NCBI GenBank assembly: GCA_041580775.1
Contig: JBFGDF010000004.1
Location: 1 to 58,801, forward strand
Length of the DNA: 58,801 nucleotides
Source of the DNA: Gemmatimonadales bacterium
Lineage (GTDB): Bacteria; Gemmatimonadota; Gemmatimonadetes; Gemmatimonadales; GWC2-71-9
Reading direction: 5' to 3'
A program made the translations under genes and the position numbers. Positions 47,156-56,062 of the stretch are shown here, in pieces. The notes under the pieces are model-generated. The model did no database searches and had not been told where the DNA came from. It worked only from the letters and a program-made list of their open reading frames with translations. Each line of letters opens with the position of its first letter. Position 1 is the stretch's first letter.

Positions 47156-48165
47156 GCGACGGGCGCCGGCCCGGCACCGCGGTCGCCGTCCTTTTCCTGG
47201 TCTTCGGGGCCTGCGCGCACTCCGAACCGTTCCAGCCCGACGCCGCCGCGCCCCGCGGACCGGCCTCGACGACGATTCCACGCCAACTCTCGTTCAACCC
47301 CGGCGACGACCGCGCCCCGTCCGTGAATGCCGGCATCGTCGCCTACAGCCGGTATGATCCCGCGCGGGAGCCGGCGGCCCGCTGCGTGGCGCTGCTGCCC
47401 CCGGACGGCGGCTCCCTCGTGGCCCTGCATTGCCCCCCAACGCCGACCCCGGCGGATACCTTCGTCAGCACCTGGCTAGAGCCGGCAATCGCCGGCGACG
47501 GGCGCCGCATGGCGTTCGTCTGGCAGCGCGGGGCCCGCACCAGCGCCCTCGCCGCGTGGACGCACGAGCTCGCAGTCGCCCACCTCGACTCCATGCGGAT
47601 GCCCCACCTGCGCCTGCGGCTCGGCAGCCCGCGCGCCGACGGGCGGCTGTTCAACACCGCCACCAAGCTCGCCTGGACCGACGACCGCACCGTCCGGTTC
47701 ATCGCCGCGTATGACTGGATCTTCAAGGTGAAAGGCGGCGGCGCCGAACGGCTGACGGACACGGTGCTCGTGGGCCTGGCACTCTACGAGCTCGACGTCC
47801 CCACCGCCTCGCTCCGTCAGGTCCCGGGCGGCGACCCCGCGGGACCGCTGTACGTGATCAGGGATTCCGATTCGACCACCGTGCACACGCTCGCCCAAGA
47901 CGGCAGCCTGCGCGCCGTTGCCGCGTTCGCCGGACCGGTACGGGACCTCGCGGTGATTGACGGCCGCCTGGTCGCCGCGACGGGCACGGAGAGCATCTGG
48001 TGGCTCGACCCGGTCAGTGGCACCGCCGGCACGCTGCGCGCAGGCGGTCCGGTGCATCGCGTGGCCGCCGGGGGCGGCCGGCGACTCATCGCCGAGGTCG
48101 AGCGATCGGCGGAGCTATTCGGTGCGCCCGCCAACCTCTGGCTGCTCGAGCTGCCCGCCCGCTGA
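47152..48165 (+). CDS. Hypothetical lipoprotein (TolB-like propeller fragments)
   Basis: FGAC lipobox; RQLSFNPGDD..P, EPAIAGDGRRMAF; ATGA overlap. Confidence 0.6.
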   Translation: MSDGRRPGTAVAVLFLVFGACAHSEPFQPDAAAPRGPASTTIPRQLSFNPGDDRAPSVNAGIVAYSRYDPAREPAARCVALLPPDGGSLVALHCPPTPTPADTFVSTWLEPAIAGDGRRMAFVWQRGARTSALAAWTHELAVAHLDSMRMPHLRLRLGSPRADGRLFNTATKLAWTDDRTVRFIAAYDWIFKVKGGGAERLTDTVLVGLALYELDVPTASLRQVPGGDPAGPLYVIRDSDSTTVHTLAQDGSLRAVAAFAGPVRDLAVIDGRLVAATGTESIWWLDPVSGTAGTLRAGGPVHRVAAGGGRRLIAEVERSAELFGAPANLWLLELPAR

Positions 48166-48249
48166 GACAGGCACTTTCGAGCGGCGTTTCTTCGGTATAT
48201 ATTCGGTTTTTCGGCTGAAATCCCGTAGTCCTCGTCCCGGCATGGATTT

Positions 48250-48282
48250 GGGGTCCGGAGGCCCGTTTTCGGTCCGGACCCC
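48250..48282. other. Inverted repeat in the leader region of the C39-like gene
   Basis: GGGGTCCGGA / TCCGGACCCC perfect 10-bp arms. Confidence 0.55.
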
Positions 48283-48347
48283 CCCTTTGACACCCGGGTA
48301 TATTGCGGAGTCCCGAGAGCCCAAGATGCGGCTTAACTCATTGTAAT

Positions 48348-49238
48348 ATGGCGCTTTACAGTCAACCCAACTCCTGGCAATGCGGGCCGTTCGCGCTCAA
48401 GCACGGACTGCTCGGGTGGGGGGTGTTCGCCCACGAGAACGACCTCGCCCGGATCGCCGGCAGCTCCGAACGGGACGGCACCGATGAAACCCAGCTGCGG
48501 CGGGCGGCCGCCGCTCATGGGTGCGAGCTGGGCCTGGTGCGACATCGGACGGCGCGCGGAGCGCGGCACACGCTGGCGCGCCTGCTCGCCGCGCGGGTGC
48601 CGGTGCTGCTGTGCGTCGATCAATGGGACCACTGGGTGACGGCCATGGGGGCGGACGCCGACCGCGTGGTCCTCTTCGACAGCTACTTCGATGATACGGT
48701 GGTGCGCCTCGAGGCGTGGGACCGGCTCATGACGCGGCTCGCGTTCCGGCAGCGGCGCTGGCGCGGTCTCTGGCGGCGGACGCTCTATGATCTGCAGCCG
48801 CTGACGGTCACGCACGACACCAGCGGCCTGCGGCTGGCATTGTCACCGGAGCGGGTGGAGCGGGTCAGCCAGGCGCCGGACGGGTTCGGTCGGCGCTGGG
48901 ACGAGTATGGGCGGGCGCTGCGGCCGCTGGTCGCGACGAACGGCCGCGGCAAGCGTGCCCAGCCGCTCGATGCGTTTCTGGCCCGCCACCGGGCGTCCAT
49001 CCTCAGTGAGGTCGCGCGCCTGCGCGGGGGCGAGCGCCTGGTCCCGGCCGAACGGACGCTCGAGCATCTCACGTTTGCTGCCGAGTTGTTCTCGGCCCGG
49101 CTGCGGCCGGTCCTGGTCAATCGTGCGGTGGCGCGCGCCGCCGTCATCACCGCGCGGTTTCTGCCTGCGGTCCCCCACCGCGTGGAATCGCTGCCGGGGA
49201 CGGCAGCCGAGCCGGTGCGCGCGGTCGCGTCGGCCTAA
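48348..49238 (+). CDS. Stand-alone C39-like (papain-fold) cysteine peptidase with unknown C-terminal helical domain
   Basis: Q-x5-CGP nucleophile motif, GTDE, DHWV, FDS (Cys-His-Asp); no signal peptide. Confidence 0.75.
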   Translation: MALYSQPNSWQCGPFALKHGLLGWGVFAHENDLARIAGSSERDGTDETQLRRAAAAHGCELGLVRHRTARGARHTLARLLAARVPVLLCVDQWDHWVTAMGADADRVVLFDSYFDDTVVRLEAWDRLMTRLAFRQRRWRGLWRRTLYDLQPLTVTHDTSGLRLALSPERVERVSQAPDGFGRRWDEYGRALRPLVATNGRGKRAQPLDAFLARHRASILSEVARLRGGERLVPAERTLEHLTFAAELFSARLRPVLVNRAVARAAVITARFLPAVPHRVESLPGTAAEPVRAVASA

Positions 49239-49723
49239 CGGCGACCCGCGGGCCCGGGCCCCTCGCAGCGCCAAGTCATCGTCTCCGCCGCGTACCCGAT
49301 GCGCGGCAGGACTTGCTCCGCGGCGAGCACGATTCCCCAGAACGCCACCACCAGCGCGCACCCATGCGCGATCGCCAGGCGATGCCGCCAGGCCGTCGTC
49401 GCCGCCCAGCCCGCCGCCACCAATACGCACCCCACCACAACGCCGTAGAGCACCAGCCACCAGCCGCAGCCGGTGGGGTACGGCCACTGCGTGACCGCAA
49501 CCCCGAACAGGCCGGCGGCCGCGAGCCGGGCCCACACGCCGGCCACCTGCTGGGCGGTGAGGGCGGGCCGTGCGACAACCGGCTGGGGTCGGGGTGGCGT
49601 CGCGGCGCCGGCGGGCCGGGCCGGCCGTGGCTGGCGCAGCGTCGGATCGGCGTGCGGCAACTGCCGGAGCAGCTGGTCCACGGCCTTGGCCATGGGATCG
49701 GGCTTCTCGGGAGGTCGGGGCAC
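49235..49723 (-). CDS. Hypothetical 3-TM membrane protein
   Basis: VDQLLRQL N-terminus, WPY..CG, three TM helices, LPRIGYA...W.C. Confidence 0.65.
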   Translation of the reverse strand: MPRPPEKPDPMAKAVDQLLRQLPHADPTLRQPRPARPAGAATPPRPQPVVARPALTAQQVAGVWARLAAAGLFGVAVTQWPYPTGCGWWLVLYGVVVGCVLVAAGWAATTAWRHRLAIAHGCALVVAFWGIVLAAEQVLPRIGYAAETMTWRCEGPGPAGRR

Positions 49724-49974
49724 GCAGGGATCCTCGGCGGTGGACCCCGAACCTACGGCCCGGCCGTGGCAGTCCATAGGACCCGTGTCACAAACCACCA
49801 GGGATGGCGCCGCGTTGCGAGATGAGTGCCCAGCCTGCACACTCTCCCAGCGTTCCCGGCTGGAATCCTCAGGTCACGGAGCGGACGAGCGGACATGACG
49901 AGCGACGTGGGAACACCGAGCTGGATCGGGGGCCGCGCGGCCGCGCGCACCGCCCGTTGCGAGGGGGAGGCCGC

Positions 49975-50958
49975 GTGAGAGTGCTCGCCGGCGACGTGGG
50001 CGGGACGCACGTCCGGTTGGCCGTCGTCGAGGTCGACGCCCAACATTGCCGCCTCCTCCGGGTGCACCGCGCGCCGAGTGCGCGCCACGACGGCCTCGTC
50101 CCCTTTCTGCAGGAGTTCCTGGACACCCCGGCTCCACCACCGGCGCGCGCCTGCATCGGCATCGCCGGCCCCGTGGTGGACGGGGCGAGCAGGCTGTCCA
50201 ACCTCGGCTGGCATATCGAGGCGGACGCCGTGGAGCGGGCGATGGGGATTCCGATCACTCTGCTGAACGACTTCGTGGCGCTGGGACATGCCATCCCAAG
50301 GCTCACGCCATCGGACGTGGTGGAGCTCCAGCGAGGGGAGCCCGTGGCGCACGCGCCGATCGCCGTGATCGGCCCGGGCACGGGCCTGGGCCAGGGGTTT
50401 CTGCTGTGGGGCGGCGACCGCTGGCAGTCGTATCCGTCGGAGGGCGGCCACGCGGACTTCGCGCCCCGGACGTCGCTCGAGCGGGAGTTGGCCGACGCCC
50501 TTCACGAGCGGTTCGGGCACGTGTCGTATGAGCGCGTCGTCTCGGGACCGGGGTTGGTCAACGTCTACGAGTTCCTCGCCGCCCGCGAGCCCGGGGCCGT
50601 GCGGCCCGAAACCCGCCAGGCCATGGCGGACGGCGATCCGGCCGCGGCGATTTCCGTTCGGGCACTGAATCGATCCGATGCCCTGTGCGTCCACGCCCTC
50701 GACCTGCTCGTGTCGGTGTTCGGCGCCCAGGCCGGCAATTTCGCGCTCACCATTCAGGCGCGAGGCGGCGTCTATGTCACGGGCGGGATCGCACCCAAGA
50801 TCCTCCCCACGCTTACCGACGGTAGATTCCTCACGGCATTCTGCGACAAGGGACGGTTTGCCGGCTTCATGGCAGGCGTACCGGTTCGCGTGGTGACCAA
50901 CCCCGATGCGGGGCTCCTCGGGGCCGCAGTGGCCGCGTGGGGACATTCCGGGAGGTAA
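49975..50958 (+). CDS. glk: Glucokinase
   Basis: LAGDVGGT, AGPV, LLNDF, GPGTGLG, SEGGH, ERVVSGPG, GGIAPKI. Confidence 0.93.
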   Translation: MRVLAGDVGGTHVRLAVVEVDAQHCRLLRVHRAPSARHDGLVPFLQEFLDTPAPPPARACIGIAGPVVDGASRLSNLGWHIEADAVERAMGIPITLLNDFVALGHAIPRLTPSDVVELQRGEPVAHAPIAVIGPGTGLGQGFLLWGGDRWQSYPSEGGHADFAPRTSLERELADALHERFGHVSYERVVSGPGLVNVYEFLAAREPGAVRPETRQAMADGDPAAAISVRALNRSDALCVHALDLLVSVFGAQAGNFALTIQARGGVYVTGGIAPKILPTLTDGRFLTAFCDKGRFAGFMAGVPVRVVTNPDAGLLGAAVAAWGHSGR

Positions 50959-50962
50959 TCCA

Positions 50963-51868
50963 GTGGACCACGCGCTCACGCTCGACCGCGTGACCAAGGC
51001 CTTTGGCGAGTTCCGGGCTGTCGACGAGATTTCGCTCGTCGTGCCCCGGGGGACGATCTACGGATTCCTCGGGCCCAACGGCGCTGGCAAGACGACCACG
51101 ATCCGGATGTTCATGAGCATCCTCTACCCCGACTCGGGCACCATCACGGTGCTCGGCGACCCCAATCCGGAAGCCGTGAAGGACCGGCTGGGCTACCTGC
51201 CGGAGGAGAAGGGCCTCTACAAGAAGATGAAAGCGGCCGAGCTGGTCTCCTACTTCGGCCGACTCAAGGGCATGGCGGCCAACCCGGCCAACACCCGGGC
51301 GCGCCAGCTGCTCCACCGGTTCGATCTGGGCGACTGGGCGGACAAGAAGTGCGAGACCCTGTCGAAGGGCATGAGCCAGAAGGTCCAGATCCTCGCCACG
51401 CTGATTCACGATCCGGAGCTGGTCATCCTGGACGAGCCCTTCTCCGGTCTGGATCCGGTGAACGTGGAGATCGTGATCGAGCTGATCCTGGAGCTCAAGC
51501 GTCAGGGACGCACGGTCATCTTCTCGACGCACGTGATGGAGCAGGCCGAAAAGCTCTGCGACGCCATCCTGCTGATCAACAAGGGCAAGAAGGTGCTCGA
51601 CGGCCCGCTGGCAGCGGTCAAGGCCGGCGGCCCGCGCACGGTCATCATCGACTACGACGGCGACGGAGGGGTGTTCCGCGGGCTGCCGCGGGTGGCGCGG
51701 GTCAACGACTCGGGCAAACACGCCGAGCTCACGCTCGAGGACGGCGCCAGCACCCAGGATCTGCTGCGGCTGCTGGTGGACCGGATCGCGATCCGGCGGT
51801 TCGACACGCGCGAGCCGTCGTTGCACGAGATCTTCGTGCGCGCGGTGGGAGGGAAGACTCATGCGTAA
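50963..51868 (+). CDS. ABC-2 exporter ATP-binding subunit
   Basis: GPNGAGKTT, LSKGM, LDEPFSGLDP, STH. Confidence 0.93.
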   Translation: MDHALTLDRVTKAFGEFRAVDEISLVVPRGTIYGFLGPNGAGKTTTIRMFMSILYPDSGTITVLGDPNPEAVKDRLGYLPEEKGLYKKMKAAELVSYFGRLKGMAANPANTRARQLLHRFDLGDWADKKCETLSKGMSQKVQILATLIHDPELVILDEPFSGLDPVNVEIVIELILELKRQGRTVIFSTHVMEQAEKLCDAILLINKGKKVLDGPLAAVKAGGPRTVIIDYDGDGGVFRGLPRVARVNDSGKHAELTLEDGASTQDLLRLLVDRIAIRRFDTREPSLHEIFVRAVGGKTHA

Positions 51869-53156
51869 GATCTGGCTGGTGGCCCAACGCGAATTCCTCG
51901 AGAACGTCCGCACGAAGAGCTTCTGGATTGGGATCCTCATCTTCCCGCTGATCCTCACGGCCGCGATCGTCGTGCCCGCCCTGCTCGAGAAGACCCGCCA
52001 GGCACGGCCGTTCGCCGTGCTCGACCGCTCCGGGTGGGTGCTGGAGGCCGTACGCGAGCAGGTGGCGGCGGGGGCCAAGCGGTTCGTGCTCGTCGAGCCG
52101 GTGCTCGATGCGCAGTCGGCCGCGGCGGAGGACACGCTCAATCGGCGGGTGCGGGACGAAGCCCTGTTTGCCTACTTCATCATCGGCGCGGACCCGGTGC
52201 GGAGCAGCGCCGGATCGGAATACCGCTCGAAGAACCTCACCGACAGTGACCTGCGCGACTGGTTCGGGGAATTGGTGACCAACGCGGTCCAGGCGCGGCG
52301 GCTCGAGCAGGAGCAGATCGATCCGGCGATCGCCGAGTGGATTCGCGAGCCGGTGCGGTTCGAGGCCCGCAAGGTCACGGGCGCCGGCGAGACCGAAGAC
52401 GTGAGCGCGCAGGACAAGCTGCGGCAGTGGGCGCCGTTGATCTTCGTCTACCTGCTCTGGGTGGCGGTGTTCACGATCGCCCAGATGCTGCTCACGAACA
52501 CTGTGGAGGAAAAGTCCAACCGGATCATCGAGGTGCTGCTGTCGTCGGTGTCGCCGGTGGAGCTGATGGCCGGGAAGATTACCGGCATCGCCCAGACGGG
52601 ATTCGCCATCATCGCGTCGTGGATCCTCGCCTTCTTCTTCATCACCAAGTACGTCCCGGGGCTGCTCGGCGCACCCGTGGGCCTCGATCTCACGGTGCTC
52701 ACGCGCGATCCCGTCTACCTGGCGTCGTTCGTGGCGTATTTCCTGTTGGGGTATCTGCTGTTCGCGGCGATGCTGGTGGGCATCGGAGCGGTATGCAACA
52801 CGCTCAAGGAGGCCCAGAACCTGATGGGCCCCATCACGATCCTGCTCATCATCCCGCTGCTGGCGATGTTGCCGATCGGGCGGGATCCCAACGGCGCACT
52901 CGCCAAGGTGATGTCGTTCATCCCGCCGTTCACGCCGTTCGTGATGATGAACCGGGCCGCGGGCCCGCCGGAGCTGTGGGAGTACGTAGCCACGACCGCG
53001 CTGCTGATCGTGTCGATCGGGCTCGCGCTCTGGGCGGCGGCCAAGGTGTTCCGGATCGGGGTGCTGCTCACGGGCAAGCCCCCCACGCTGCGGGAGATCC
53101 TCAAGTGGATCCGGGCGCCGGTCGGGACGGTGGCGGTCCGGAAGGAGCCGGGCTAG
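51861..53156 (+). CDS. ABC-2 exporter permease (NatB/YhaP-like)
   Basis: REF..VRTK.F, extracellular loop, VEEKSNRIIEVLLSS, GKI.G, six TM. Confidence 0.9.
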   Translation: MRKIWLVAQREFLENVRTKSFWIGILIFPLILTAAIVVPALLEKTRQARPFAVLDRSGWVLEAVREQVAAGAKRFVLVEPVLDAQSAAAEDTLNRRVRDEALFAYFIIGADPVRSSAGSEYRSKNLTDSDLRDWFGELVTNAVQARRLEQEQIDPAIAEWIREPVRFEARKVTGAGETEDVSAQDKLRQWAPLIFVYLLWVAVFTIAQMLLTNTVEEKSNRIIEVLLSSVSPVELMAGKITGIAQTGFAIIASWILAFFFITKYVPGLLGAPVGLDLTVLTRDPVYLASFVAYFLLGYLLFAAMLVGIGAVCNTLKEAQNLMGPITILLIIPLLAMLPIGRDPNGALAKVMSFIPPFTPFVMMNRAAGPPELWEYVATTALLIVSIGLALWAAAKVFRIGVLLTGKPPTLREILKWIRAPVGTVAVRKEPG

Positions 53157-53232
53157 GTCCGCCCGGCTGGCCACCCTTGCCGACACCGCGTCGAGCCTGC
53201 AGGGTACGCAGGTCTCCGCGGAGTTGGGATTC

Positions 53233-53958
53233 GTGACCACGCCCGACCGCTCGCCGTGCCCCCACTGTGGCCGCGACGTGCCGCAACCGGCCGCCTACTG
53301 CCTGCACTGCGGCGCGCCGCTGCCTGCGCCTGGCCAAGCCGGTGCGGGGGGCCCCGCCTGTCCGTCCTGCGGGAGTGGCAACGCCACACGGCTTGGCGCC
53401 TTGCGCGAGGCCCGCACGCCTGGCGTGCCGCGCGCCTCGACGTGGACCCGCCTGGCCACGCTCGTGCGCCACAGCGCGGCACTCCCGACCGACGGCTCGA
53501 TCCCTGCCGACTACGCTGAGTTGCGAGGGGCAGCCCCGCTGCCGGCCTGGGCGCCGCCGGACGGCGGCGCCGAGCGCCGCACGTGGGCGATCCGCTGCGG
53601 CGCCGCGGCGCCCGTGTTGCTGCTCGCGGGACTGGTGCTCACGCGCCCCTGGCTGTTCCTGTTGGGCGCCTTCCTGCTGCTCTTCGCGGGGGTGCTGTGG
53701 GGGCTGTCGTACCAGGCGCAAGAAGCCGCCGCGCGCATCTACCGACGCAGCATCTACGCCCGGGTGCTCGAGACCTGGAAGCGCGTGCACCGTTGCGGGG
53801 CGTGCGGCACCGCGTTCCTTCACCCGGCGCGCGCAGACGATCCGGATCCCGAGCGCGCGCTGTCGGGGATGTGGGGTCAGAACCGCGTCAGTCGCCGCAT
53901 GCGGGTCCGGCGGTCGACGACCACCGGCGAGCCGGAGCTCTATCTACCGGGCGCGTAG
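53233..53958 (+). CDS. Zinc-ribbon membrane protein
   Basis: CPHC/CLHC, CPSC, TM hairpin, then CGAC. Confidence 0.6.
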   Translation: MTTPDRSPCPHCGRDVPQPAAYCLHCGAPLPAPGQAGAGGPACPSCGSGNATRLGALREARTPGVPRASTWTRLATLVRHSAALPTDGSIPADYAELRGAAPLPAWAPPDGGAERRTWAIRCGAAAPVLLLAGLVLTRPWLFLLGAFLLLFAGVLWGLSYQAQEAAARIYRRSIYARVLETWKRVHRCGACGTAFLHPARADDPDPERALSGMWGQNRVSRRMRVRRSTTTGEPELYLPGA

Positions 53959-53978
53959 ACCCACCGGTCCCGCGGCGG

Positions 53979-54479
53979 CTACTCGAGCATCACCGGCACC
54001 GCCCGCTCGGCGGTCCCGGGCCGCACGTGCTCGTGCGCCATGATCAGCCGGGCGCACGTGTTCCAGCGGAGAATGGCGTCGTCATTGCCGGGCGGCCGCA
54101 GCCGCTCGGCCGCCTCATAGCACGTCATCGCCTGCCGCAGCGCGTCGTGCACCAGCGGCCCGCCTCCCAGGCGATTCTGCGCCAACGCGGCCTTCCCGCG
54201 CCGCTCGTGAATGATCCCCTCGTAGTAGTGGCGGTCGTATTCCCGTTCCAGGCGGGACAGCAGCTCGCGTGCCCCCGTCGCGGCCCCGGGCTCCCGCTCG
54301 AACCGGTCGGTGAGCGAGAGCAGCATCGTGATGATGGCCTGGCGATTCGCCGGATCGACAGCCAGGACGTCGGCACAGATGCTCTCCGCCTCCCACGGCT
54401 CGTTGAGCAGCCGGTAGCGCTCGGCCTTCTCGAGCGCCGCCTCGATTCCGTCCCGTGACAGCTGTTTCAACGTGAACAT
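53979..54479 (-). CDS. Unknown helical (TPR-like) protein downstream of frdD
   Basis: ALEKAERYRLLNEP.EAESIC...YYEGIIHERR...DDAILRWNTC; GGAGG RBS. Confidence 0.75.
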   Translation of the reverse strand: MFTLKQLSRDGIEAALEKAERYRLLNEPWEAESICADVLAVDPANRQAIITMLLSLTDRFEREPGAATGARELLSRLEREYDRHYYEGIIHERRGKAALAQNRLGGGPLVHDALRQAMTCYEAAERLRPPGNDDAILRWNTCARLIMAHEHVRPGTAERAVPVMLE

Positions 54480-54549
54480 GACGAACCTCCCGCGGCGATC
54501 TCCAACTCTCTCTTGTACCATATCCCCGGGCGACCGATCCCGCACCCCC

Positions 54550-54900
54550 TCACAGGAAGAGCACCATCGCACTCGCCACCGTGAGCAGCGTTGCGACCCC
54601 GTAGGTCAGCGTGGCGATGAGCTGATGGAGGTGATACAGCTGCAGGCCGTCGTACAGCGTGTAGCGGAACCGGTGCGCCCAATGGTAGAGCGCCAGCGCG
54701 ATCACGACGAACAGCACGAGCCGAACCCCGGCACCCCCCAACAGCGCGCTCAGGGTCCCGTGCGGCGGTACGGCCACCCAGCCGACCGCCGGACCAACCC
54801 AGAGCACGAACACCACCGCCGGCAGACCCAGCGCCGCGAGCGTCCCGCCGGCGCTGAACAGCAGCCAGAGGGCCGGCTCGCGCGAACGCCGTACCGTCAC
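54550..54900 (-). CDS. frdD: Fumarate reductase anchor subunit D
   Basis: RSREPALWLLFSAGG, HWAHR, three TM. Confidence 0.88.
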   Translation of the reverse strand: MTVRRSREPALWLLFSAGGTLAALGLPAVVFVLWVGPAVGWVAVPPHGTLSALLGGAGVRLVLFVVIALALYHWAHRFRYTLYDGLQLYHLHQLIATLTYGVATLLTVASAMVLFL

Positions 54901-55310
54901 CGGCCGAGCACGATCCACAGCACGCCTCCCGAGACCGCGAGCCAGGCCGCGTAGTGTCCCGCCAACACGGCCGCGCCCGGGACCCGCCAGCGGCCGACCC
55001 GCAGGATCAGCGCGCGCGGAGCCAAATGCAACCACGTGAGGGTGTGGAACAGCAGTCCCACGAGCACCACCACGTGAACCCCGGTCACGACGGGTGAGGC
55101 GAGCCAGGCGGTGAACCGCTCAAAGCGGTCCGGGCCGGCGTCCACCATCCACACCTGCACCAGCAGCAAGATCGCGGTGTACGCGACGCATACGCTCGTG
55201 AGCTCACGCACGATGAACCGCGTGTAGGAGAGCTTCCGGAGCCACCAGAAGATGGGTATCCGCGCGCGGTGCCACCGCGGGTGGAACCGACGGTAGGCCG
55301 GGTTCGTCAT
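54897..55310 (-). CDS. frdC: Fumarate reductase anchor subunit C
   Basis: WWLRK.SY.RF..RE.T, HT.TW..LAP, three TM. Confidence 0.88.
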   Translation of the reverse strand: MTNPAYRRFHPRWHRARIPIFWWLRKLSYTRFIVRELTSVCVAYTAILLLVQVWMVDAGPDRFERFTAWLASPVVTGVHVVVLVGLLFHTLTWLHLAPRALILRVGRWRVPGAAVLAGHYAAWLAVSGGVLWIVLGR

Positions 55311-56062
55311 GCCTTCCGGCTCCCGAACGGAAGGGCCAGGGCGCGCACCCATCCCACTGCCGCATCCAGCTTGTAGCGCTGGATGGCGCCGGCCGGGTCC
55401 ACGTCCTTGGGACACACGGTGGAGCACTCCCCTACGAACGTGCAGGCCCAGATCCCGTCGTGCTGGGAGATCACGTCGGTCCGGCCCTCCTGCCCTTCGT
55501 CGCGCGAGTCCAGGTTGTAGCGCTGCGCCAGCGCGATCACCGCCGGACCGAGGAACTCCGGCTCGAGCTCGTAGATGGGGCACGCGGCGTAGCACAGCAT
55601 GCAGTTGATGCACATGCTGTACCGCTTGAACTCCGCCAACTCGTCCGGCGTCTGGAGGTGCTCGCCGTCAGCGAGCGGGCGCTCGATCTCGCGCACGATC
55701 CAGGGCGTCACGCGCCGGAGCTTTGTCAGGAAGTCGCTCAGGTCCCCCACCAGGTCCCGGATCACCGGGAAGCCGCGCAACGGCTCGACCCGGATCGGGC
55801 CGGGGAGCAGCGTCTCGAGGTACGTCGCACAGGTGAGCGACGGCGTGCCGTTGACCATCATGCCGCAGCTGCCGCACACCCCCATGCGGCACGACCAGCG
55901 GTAGGACAGCGTGCCGTCCAGATGATCCTTGATGTAGTTGAGGGCGTCGAGCACCATCCATTCCGGCTGAAACGGAACCTCGAACCGCTGCCAGGTTGGC
56001 GTGCGCTCCGCCTCGGGCCGGTACCGCTGCACGTCCACGGTCACGGTCTGCGGCACGGTCAC
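55307..56062 (-). CDS. frdB: Fumarate reductase iron-sulfur subunit
   Basis: [35 protein letters not shown]. Confidence 0.93.
   Translation of the reverse strand: MTVPQTVTVDVQRYRPEAERTPTWQRFEVPFQPEWMVLDALNYIKDHLDGTLSYRWSCRMGVCGSCGMMVNGTPSLTCATYLETLLPGPIRVEPLRGFPVIRDLVGDLSDFLTKLRRVTPWIVREIERPLADGEHLQTPDELAEFKRYSMCINCMLCYAACPIYELEPEFLGPAVIALAQRYNLDSRDEGQEGRTDVISQHDGIWACTFVGECSTVCPKDVDPAGAIQRYKLDAAVGWVRALALPFGSRKA

Noticed and set aside
50963-53156. ABC exporter as partner of the C39-like peptidase (bacteriocin system)
   Set aside because: It is a NatAB/YhaQP-type ABC-2 pair coupled to glk, separated from the peptidase by an opposite-strand gene, and no precursor peptide is visible.
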